DNA from: Candidatus Micrarchaeota archaeon | GTDB taxonomy: Archaea; Micrarchaeota; Micrarchaeia; Micrarchaeales; CABMGC01 | Assembly: GCA_021848025.1 (NCBI GenBank) | Contig: JAJZND010000018.1 | Span: 1 to 54,566 of the forward strand | Direction: 5' to 3' | DNA: 54,566 nucleotides | Shown here: positions 48,336 to 54,566 of the stretch, piece after piece | Numbering within the stretch: the first letter of the stretch is position 1 | Layout of the letters: each line of letters opens with the position of its first letter | Translations under genes and position numbers: made by a program | The notes under the pieces: generated by a model | Databases searched by the model: none | Seen by the model: the letters and a program-made list of their open reading frames with translations, nothing else | What the model was told of the DNA's origin: nothing

Positions 48336-48770
48336 GTGGATATGACGGGAAATGCAAAGATACGGCATCTGCTGACCAGGCTTAGCCTAGCTATAGTATT
48401 CATAGGCATAGGCATATGGGAGATAATCCAGCCCTCGTACTGGGCAATGTATGTGCCGCCATTTGTATCATCCATAATGACTGCAGATACCTTCCTGATG
48501 TTTCATGGTGCGGCTCTCATTGCAATAGGAACGGCCGTATTGCTGGGAATATATCTGAGATTCGCGTCTGCGCTCGCAGCGCTGACGATGCTTTCGATAA
48601 TACTCTCAGTAACCTACTACCTTGGTTTTAGCGATATAGTGTTGAGGGATATAGCCATTTTCGTTATAGCGGTGGCTCTTTTTTTCGATGACTCAGATTA
48701 TGCAAGAGTAGCAAGGTTCAGGGAAAGAGGAACTCTTAAATATCGGAACCGTTTACAAACTATTGAATAA
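48336..48770 (+). CDS. DoxX-family membrane protein
   Basis: LTRLSLAIVF, LLGIYLRFAS and RDIAI; about 4 TM helices. Confidence 0.75.
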   Translation: MDMTGNAKIRHLLTRLSLAIVFIGIGIWEIIQPSYWAMYVPPFVSSIMTADTFLMFHGAALIAIGTAVLLGIYLRFASALAALTMLSIILSVTYYLGFSDIVLRDIAIFVIAVALFFDDSDYARVARFRERGTLKYRNRLQTIE

Positions 48771-48786
48771 ATCACGGCGTCGCTCC

Positions 48787-49494
48787 ATGGAAGAAAGCAA
48801 TACCAGAAATAAAGCTAACGGTACCAAGATATCAATAGTAATACCCGCACTTAATGAAGAGAGGAATATGCCGCACCTCATATCTGGGATAAAAAAAATT
48901 ATGTCCGGCAAAAAGTATGAGGTAATAGTTGTAGATGGATACTCCACAGATAACACTGCAGTTATAGCAGAAGATATGGGAGCCAGGATAATCTACGACA
49001 ATGTAGGCAAAGGGAGTGCGCTGATAAAAGGGCTCATGAATGCAAGTGGCGAAATACTGATATCCATGGATGCGGATCTTTCGCACGAGCCTAGAGAACT
49101 TACGCTTCTTGTCAGTGGTATAAAATCAGGTTATGATATCTGCATGGGCTCCAGATTCATTGCAGGCGGCAATTCTGAAGACATATCTGCAATCAGGGCA
49201 TTTGGAAACAAGGCATTTGTGTTCTTGGTAAATGCGCTTTTCAAGTCCCACTACAGCGACATGTGCTACGGGTACAGGAGTTTCAACAAGAAGATACTGC
49301 AAAAGCTGAATCTGAGGGAGCGCGGCTTTGGAATAGAAGCTGAGATAAGCATAAAGGCCGCAAAGCTCGGCCTGAAGACTATAGAGGTGCCAAGCACCGA
49401 GAAGAAGAGATCAGCAGAGGAGCCGAAGCTTCGCACATTCTGGGACGGTTACATAATATTAAAGACCATAATAAAAAATGCGCTGAGAAACTGA
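48787..49494 (+). CDS. Glycosyltransferase family 2 (DPM1-like polyprenol-phosphate glycosyltransferase)
   Basis: VIPALNEE, VDGYSTD, GKGSA, MDADLSH, GSRF and DMCYGYR. Confidence 0.92.
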   Translation: MEESNTRNKANGTKISIVIPALNEERNMPHLISGIKKIMSGKKYEVIVVDGYSTDNTAVIAEDMGARIIYDNVGKGSALIKGLMNASGEILISMDADLSHEPRELTLLVSGIKSGYDICMGSRFIAGGNSEDISAIRAFGNKAFVFLVNALFKSHYSDMCYGYRSFNKKILQKLNLRERGFGIEAEISIKAAKLGLKTIEVPSTEKKRSAEEPKLRTFWDGYIILKTIIKNALRN

Positions 49495-49521
49495 GTGAAG
49501 AAGGTTAAAGCTCATGCGAGT

Positions 49522-51219
49522 TCATTCCCTTTTTACGTCGCGCATGGTTATCCAAGCCCTGAATGCCCTCAGCTGGCTCACGCTGAATGAAGTAGGATAA
49601 GCATCATATATCTCTTTAGGCGGAATTCCTGATGCCAGTAGGTCATAAACTTCTTCTTTTGTAATCTTTTCTATATCGGAGTCCTCGTCGAATACCTCAA
49701 TTGCGGATTCGCCATGTGCTCTGCCTTTTCCGTAAGTGCCCATTGTATAATGCGCTTTCCATTGCGCCAGCGGCCGCTTCCCCCATCCTCTGTATTTATC
49801 TTTTATGTATGCTAAAAATTCCGGTCCTTCCAAGTCCGTCTTTTCCAGTTCCTCCAGAAACCTGCCTTTGCTCAGTACGGGCTTAGACGAGTTGCCAAGG
49901 AAACGCGGCTCTAGCGTGGCGCTAAGGGGAGCAGTCTCGTACTTCTCATCTAACTTTTCTTTTTTAGAGAGCATCTTGCCCAGAGCGACGATCGCTTTCC
50001 CCAACCTTTCTGTATCCTCTATCCTGAAGCCTTCAGGAAAACCGCAGGCTTTAGCCACATCCATATAAGCTTCATGCAGAAGCCTGGACCACGAAAAGAA
50101 AAACATGCTCCCTACCATGGGGGAGCCCGACTCAGATATATATGAATAGTTGGCCTCTTTCAGAGGAACATATATCCTGTCCAGGAGGGCCTCGTTGATA
50201 GCCCCGATTATCGCATACTTGATAATATTGCTGTCCTTATTATATGCCTTCAAGGTGTTTCCCACACGCTCAGAAACGAACTGGTCAATGGCGGCGACCA
50301 TCTTCTGAGCTGCTGTCAGATGTTCCTTGGCATATTCCACAAAATCCTCGGGAGCTAGGAATTCTTTCATGCTGGCGTCTCTTTTAGAAATCCTACGGAC
50401 CGGCCCATTGTTCTCTGCATTGGCTCCGGTCACGTCTCCTACAAACTTGATCATGTCATAAAAGTAAGAAAACCTAAAAGGCGGCTTGGCCAGATTGAGA
50501 ATTAGGTATGGATAATAAAAAGCCTTCAAGTCCTTTCTTGTTGTTTTTTCCGAGTTTGCAAATTCGTTATCGAAGGCGTTTAAGGAAGTGCACACCGCAT
50601 CATGGCCTATTAAGGTCGCACCTGCCGTGGGCATGATGCCTGCCGGTAGCTCAATGGCATCGTCGAGCCGCATTATGTACTCATACTCCGCTGCCCCCTG
50701 GTGATAGAGTATCAGGCTGTTCGCGTCTCTTTTCAAAAGATTAGCAGAATGAAGTAAGATGTGGTTTTTCTTGGAATTGTCCATTATTGCCCTTACGGTT
50801 AGCAGGTCTTCCGCATTAGGAGGGCCTGTGAAATCCATGCTTAGCACATCAAAATCGAATTTCCTTCCCTGTGCCACTTCCTCTTTCACATATTCCTGCA
50901 AGGACTTCGTAATTACGTTGATGCCTAGTCCAAGTTTCCTGATCTGCTCGGCCACCTGCGGACTGCGTTCGAGAGTGGTTATATTGCCTGCAGGTATGCC
51001 TCTGCTCAGATATACTCTCTGCGTCTCTGCCGCATCTATACCTGCAAAGTGCAATACCTTTATCTCACCAGGCTTCCTAAACGTTAGCAGAGTGCTATCT
51101 AGCATGTCTCCTAACAGTGCATGCACTTTTTCTTTCATAGGGTCAGATGCATAGTGCTTCTGACTATCAGGTAGCCTTTTAGGGGCTGTTGTAGTTACAG
51201 CCCGTTCAATTAGAACCAC
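49522..51219 (-). CDS. Hypothetical protein with an N-terminal class I SAM-methyltransferase-like fold and two C-terminal helical repeats
   Basis: VLHFAG…ITTLER…FDVLSMDFTG Rossmann pattern, plus C-terminal LAQWKAHYTM and LRAFRAWITM. Confidence 0.6.
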   Translation of the reverse strand: MVLIERAVTTTAPKRLPDSQKHYASDPMKEKVHALLGDMLDSTLLTFRKPGEIKVLHFAGIDAAETQRVYLSRGIPAGNITTLERSPQVAEQIRKLGLGINVITKSLQEYVKEEVAQGRKFDFDVLSMDFTGPPNAEDLLTVRAIMDNSKKNHILLHSANLLKRDANSLILYHQGAAEYEYIMRLDDAIELPAGIMPTAGATLIGHDAVCTSLNAFDNEFANSEKTTRKDLKAFYYPYLILNLAKPPFRFSYFYDMIKFVGDVTGANAENNGPVRRISKRDASMKEFLAPEDFVEYAKEHLTAAQKMVAAIDQFVSERVGNTLKAYNKDSNIIKYAIIGAINEALLDRIYVPLKEANYSYISESGSPMVGSMFFFSWSRLLHEAYMDVAKACGFPEGFRIEDTERLGKAIVALGKMLSKKEKLDEKYETAPLSATLEPRFLGNSSKPVLSKGRFLEELEKTDLEGPEFLAYIKDKYRGWGKRPLAQWKAHYTMGTYGKGRAHGESAIEVFDEDSDIEKITKEEVYDLLASGIPPKEIYDAYPTSFSVSQLRAFRAWITMRDVKRE

Positions 51220-51379
51220 GGAATTCTATTATAAAGGCAGTTTTATGATATTTAAAGAAAACAGGTTAGCTTTTAAAACTTTTCTATAATAAGTAATCTT
51301 TGCAATATGGTCCTGTATCGTGTTTTACGTGAGGAAAATGCAGCATACTAATTTAAACCTCATCACGTAATTCTTAATC

Positions 51380-52639
51380 ATGCCCCTCAAGTATGTAAAG
51401 CAGATATATGACAATGTGCATGGATACATAGGCATAACTGCGCAGGAGCTGGAGATAATAGATACGCCCTTGTTTCAGCGTTTGCGCGAGATAAAGCAGC
51501 TTGGCCCTGCGTATCTTGTTTTCCCAGGAGCCACGCATTCCAGGCTTGCCCATTGCATTGGCACCATGTTCATGATAGACCAGTTCGCCAAGAATTCTGT
51601 GAGATATACTGAGGTAAGCGATGACGAGATTGAGAAGCTCAGGCTCGCTGCATTGCTTCATGACATAGGTCATTATCCATTCTCGCATACCCTGGAGCAT
51701 GCAATCAGGCATGAATTGAAAGGGGCCGACCACGTCACATTCGGGGTAAGCATAATAAAGAGGTTTCTGCAGGAGAAGATAGAGAATTACCGGGTTGATG
51801 AGCTGGCCAGCCTGATCGAAGGAGATAGACGGAATGAATTTTCCATATTGCTCTCTTCAGCCATAGATGCAGACAAGTCAGATTACATGCTGCGCGATTC
51901 GTATAATACTGGTGTATTATACGGAAACATGAATATGTCCAGTCTGATGCGAATAATGTCTTTCGAAAAAGACAAGATAGTGTTCGACAAGGATGCATCT
52001 CCGGTTGAGAACTTTCTGCTGGGCCGCTACCATCTTTATAGGGTAGTTATCCATCATAAAGTGGTTGTGGCAATCAGCCTCGCTCTCCAGCGCATATACT
52101 ATCTGCTTGTTGAAGAAGGATTTCTGCGCAATCCTACCGAACTGCTTAAGACGCAGAATGAGGAAGATATAACCAGCTATACTGATGATGCGGTGCATTA
52201 TGCGATGCATGAATATCTTGCGAAGGGAAAAAATAGCATGCTCAGGGAGCTGATAATGCAGTATCTGCGACGCGAATCTCCGGAACTCTCATATGCTTAT
52301 GTCACTACAAATCCTGGTTCGGGCAGGAACGACAAGCGCAGAGCAAAGATAGATCTTCTGGAAAATGACGCAGATGCCAGGAAGGGCATTGCAAAGAAGG
52401 CAGGCATAAACGAGAACTGGGTCTTCCCGGTAACGCTCAGGTCCCTCGGCCTTGTGGATGAGGAGACGAAGATATTTATAAGGAGGGGCAGCAGCATTGT
52501 TCCGATAATAGATTCAGACGCGCTGGTTCTCAGGATGATAGGCAGCAAGACGCTATACGACGCAAGATTATATACCAAGAAAGGCCACGGCAAGGAGCTC
52601 AGGCACATATTCCTTGAAGAAGTAGGAAAAAAGGTGTAA
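51380..52639 (+). CDS. HD-domain phosphohydrolase (SAMHD1/dNTP triphosphohydrolase-like)
   Basis: FQRLREIKQLG, ATHSRLAHCIG, LLHDIGHYPFSH and DADKSDYMLRD. Confidence 0.92.
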   Translation: MPLKYVKQIYDNVHGYIGITAQELEIIDTPLFQRLREIKQLGPAYLVFPGATHSRLAHCIGTMFMIDQFAKNSVRYTEVSDDEIEKLRLAALLHDIGHYPFSHTLEHAIRHELKGADHVTFGVSIIKRFLQEKIENYRVDELASLIEGDRRNEFSILLSSAIDADKSDYMLRDSYNTGVLYGNMNMSSLMRIMSFEKDKIVFDKDASPVENFLLGRYHLYRVVIHHKVVVAISLALQRIYYLLVEEGFLRNPTELLKTQNEEDITSYTDDAVHYAMHEYLAKGKNSMLRELIMQYLRRESPELSYAYVTTNPGSGRNDKRRAKIDLLENDADARKGIAKKAGINENWVFPVTLRSLGLVDEETKIFIRRGSSIVPIIDSDALVLRMIGSKTLYDARLYTKKGHGKELRHIFLEEVGKKV

Positions 52640-52642
52640 TAG

Positions 52643-54508
52643 TTGTCGGAATTTGATCCGGGAAGAGGCGAATTCCTTGAATGGCTTAGGGAAAGCATAA
52701 AGTCAGCTTACCCTGGCGCGAAGATAAGCGATGGCGAGATTTCGTTTTCGATCTCCAGCAAGAAAAGCCAATACGGAGATCTCGGGTCATCCATAGCATT
52801 CAGGATATCCAGCATAATGCGCGAAGCTCCAAAGGCAGTGGCAGAAAAACTTGCAGAAAACGCACATAAAGGCAGGTTTATTTCCAAGCTGACTCCTATC
52901 AATGGTTACATTAATGCCTCATTGGACAGGAAAGAATACTCTACAGCTGTTATCGGCCGGGTTGTGGAAGAAAAAGAAGGCTACGGCGCCTTCAGGCCCA
53001 AGCGCAGGGAGAAGGTAATAGTAGAATTTCCAAGCGTAAATCCCAACAAGCCATGGCATATTGGCCATTTGCGAAACGCACTGCTTGGCGACTCAATTTC
53101 CAGATTGCACGAATTCTGCGGTTATAGCGTGGAGAAGGAAGACTACATAGAGGAGCTCGGCCTGCAGATGGCTGTGATACTCTGGGGGTTGAAGCACGAA
53201 TCAAAGGAAACAGGAAAGAAGTATGATCAATTTCTGGGCGAACTCTATGTAAAGTTCAACAAAGAGATGGAAGAGAAGAAAGCCCAGAGCGAAGTAAACG
53301 CGCTGCTGAAGGAGATGGAGACTATAGGAAGCAAGGAATGGGATATGGCCCGGAAGCTTGCAGAGCGATGCGTGCGCGCGCAATACGAAACCGCATTTGC
53401 ATACGGCGTATACCACGACGTACTAATCTGGGAGAGCGATGTTCTGAGGGCAAAGTTGCTTGAAAAAGCACTCGCTATGCTGGAGGAAAAAGGAGTAACC
53501 GAAAAGCCTGAAGACGGTGAATTCAAGGACTGCATAATTATAAGACCAAGACGCGGCAGGAGCGGACCAGTAAAAGTCCTTGTAAGGAGCAATGGAGCAC
53601 CCACATATGTTGCAAAAGACATAGCCTTCCACATGTGGAAGCTAGGCATAATCAAGTCAGAATTCCTCTACAAAGAATTTGTCGAGCAGCCAAACAGCAA
53701 ATACGCTTATACTACCGCGGAGTTCGGAAAGCCTATGGACTTCGCGGGTGCTGATTCTGCGATTAACGTAATAGGATCTGCACAGAAGTATCCGCAGGAG
53801 ATACTAAAGAGTGCAATAGCCGAGATCGGCGGTGCATCCTTCTCGGACAAGATAAGGCACTTGGCATATGGTGAGATTGAGCTGGCTGAAGGTTCGCTGA
53901 GCGGCAGAACAGGCGGATGGATAGGCGCAGAAAGAAACTATACTGCTGATGACCTGCTGAGCGAGATGAGAAAGAAGGCACTGGAGACAATAAAAGATTT
54001 TGATGAATCCGAAGGCAGAGTGGCGAAGGAGGAAATTGCCAGGAAGGTGGCAGTGTCTGCAATAAAATTCGAGTTTCTCAAAGTCGATCCGGAAAAAAAG
54101 GTCGTATTCGATTGGCTAAGAGCCCTTAATTTTGATTCAAACAGCGGGCCCTACTGCATGTACATGTATGCACGCGCATCAAGGATACTTGACAGGGCAG
54201 GCGATCTGAATCTTGAAATAAAGAAGGAAATATTTGAAAAATTGGAGCTGGAAGAAGAATTTGAAGTTATTAAACTGATTGGCCATGCAGGCGATATAGT
54301 GAAGCGCGCACAGAGAGAGATGCGCCCTAACGTAATAGCTGATTATGCTTTGGATCTGTCTATTGCTTTCTCGAGATTCTATGAGAAGGCCAATGTGCTC
54401 AACAGCGGGGAGCTGATGCTTCCACGCATCCTAATCGTTATCGCATTCAGGCAAACATTATATAATATGTTATGGTTATTAGGTATAGAAGCAATAGGCA
54501 GGATGTAA
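52643..54508 (+). CDS. argS: Arginine--tRNA ligase
   Basis: EFPSVNPNKPWHIGHLRN, RSNG…YVAKDIA, SGR and SGPYCMYMYARA. Confidence 0.96.
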   Translation: MSEFDPGRGEFLEWLRESIKSAYPGAKISDGEISFSISSKKSQYGDLGSSIAFRISSIMREAPKAVAEKLAENAHKGRFISKLTPINGYINASLDRKEYSTAVIGRVVEEKEGYGAFRPKRREKVIVEFPSVNPNKPWHIGHLRNALLGDSISRLHEFCGYSVEKEDYIEELGLQMAVILWGLKHESKETGKKYDQFLGELYVKFNKEMEEKKAQSEVNALLKEMETIGSKEWDMARKLAERCVRAQYETAFAYGVYHDVLIWESDVLRAKLLEKALAMLEEKGVTEKPEDGEFKDCIIIRPRRGRSGPVKVLVRSNGAPTYVAKDIAFHMWKLGIIKSEFLYKEFVEQPNSKYAYTTAEFGKPMDFAGADSAINVIGSAQKYPQEILKSAIAEIGGASFSDKIRHLAYGEIELAEGSLSGRTGGWIGAERNYTADDLLSEMRKKALETIKDFDESEGRVAKEEIARKVAVSAIKFEFLKVDPEKKVVFDWLRALNFDSNSGPYCMYMYARASRILDRAGDLNLEIKKEIFEKLELEEEFEVIKLIGHAGDIVKRAQREMRPNVIADYALDLSIAFSRFYEKANVLNSGELMLPRILIVIAFRQTLYNMLWLLGIEAIGRM

Positions 54509-54511
54509 CAT

Positions 54512-54566
54512 GGGCCCGTAGCTCAGCTTGGATAGAGCAGCACCGTCCTAACTCGCATGGGTGCGA
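54512..54566 (+). tRNA. 5' part of an intron-containing tRNA, probably Arg(CCT), truncated by the window end
   Basis: GGGCCCG-TA-GCTC AGCTTGGATA GAGC D-arm with A20, then GCACC-GT-CCT-A, followed by non-stem sequence containing a TCGCA/TGCGA hairpin. Confidence 0.75.

Noticed and set aside
51380-52639. HD dNTPase as an antiviral defence system
   Set aside because: It is a widespread archaeal family with host-like composition, tightly coupled to argS. Nothing specifically indicates defence.
54540-54553. Reading the terminal tRNA as an amber (CTA) suppressor or tRNA-Pyl
   Set aside because: This would need C at position 33 and has no closing stem. The D-loop has the Arg identity A20, and no pyl genes are in the window.

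Overview
Archaeal chromosomal segment whose gene content and style suggest a DPANN archaeon, probably Micrarchaeota (inference, not verified by search). It is mostly housekeeping. Translation and information genes: RFC large subunit, aIF5A-S24e-S27ae, IleRS, MtaB-type methylthiotransferase, GatDE, a stand-alone 5S rRNA, EF-1beta, RpoL, S19e-PDCD5-L39e-L31e-aIF6, prefoldin alpha-FtsY, ArgRS and three tRNAs. Metabolic and other genes: HMG-CoA synthase/thiolase/DUF35 plus mevalonate kinase, an sdhA-anchor-sdhB-fumC operon, a VirB11/CpaF ATPase and proline dehydrogenase. The most notable accessory feature is an AT-rich island just downstream of tRNA-Glu(CTC). It looks like a decayed or miniature casposon: a GGGG-TATATA terminal motif 10 nt after the tRNA, two related casposon-type C-terminal HTH remnants (one not in the ORF track), and an intact PD-(D/E)xK nuclease-like cargo gene. 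Other oddities are an SdhB fused to N-terminal membrane helices with a non-canonical anchor, an IleRS with HPAQ in place of HIGH, a degenerate VirB11-like paralog, an orphan methyltransferase-like protein with duplicated C-terminal modules, a CDP-alcohol phosphotransferase with a large insertion in its motif, an IS5-like remnant, and an inverted pfdA-ftsY. No CRISPR array was seen. All assignments come from motif recognition by eye; no searches were run.
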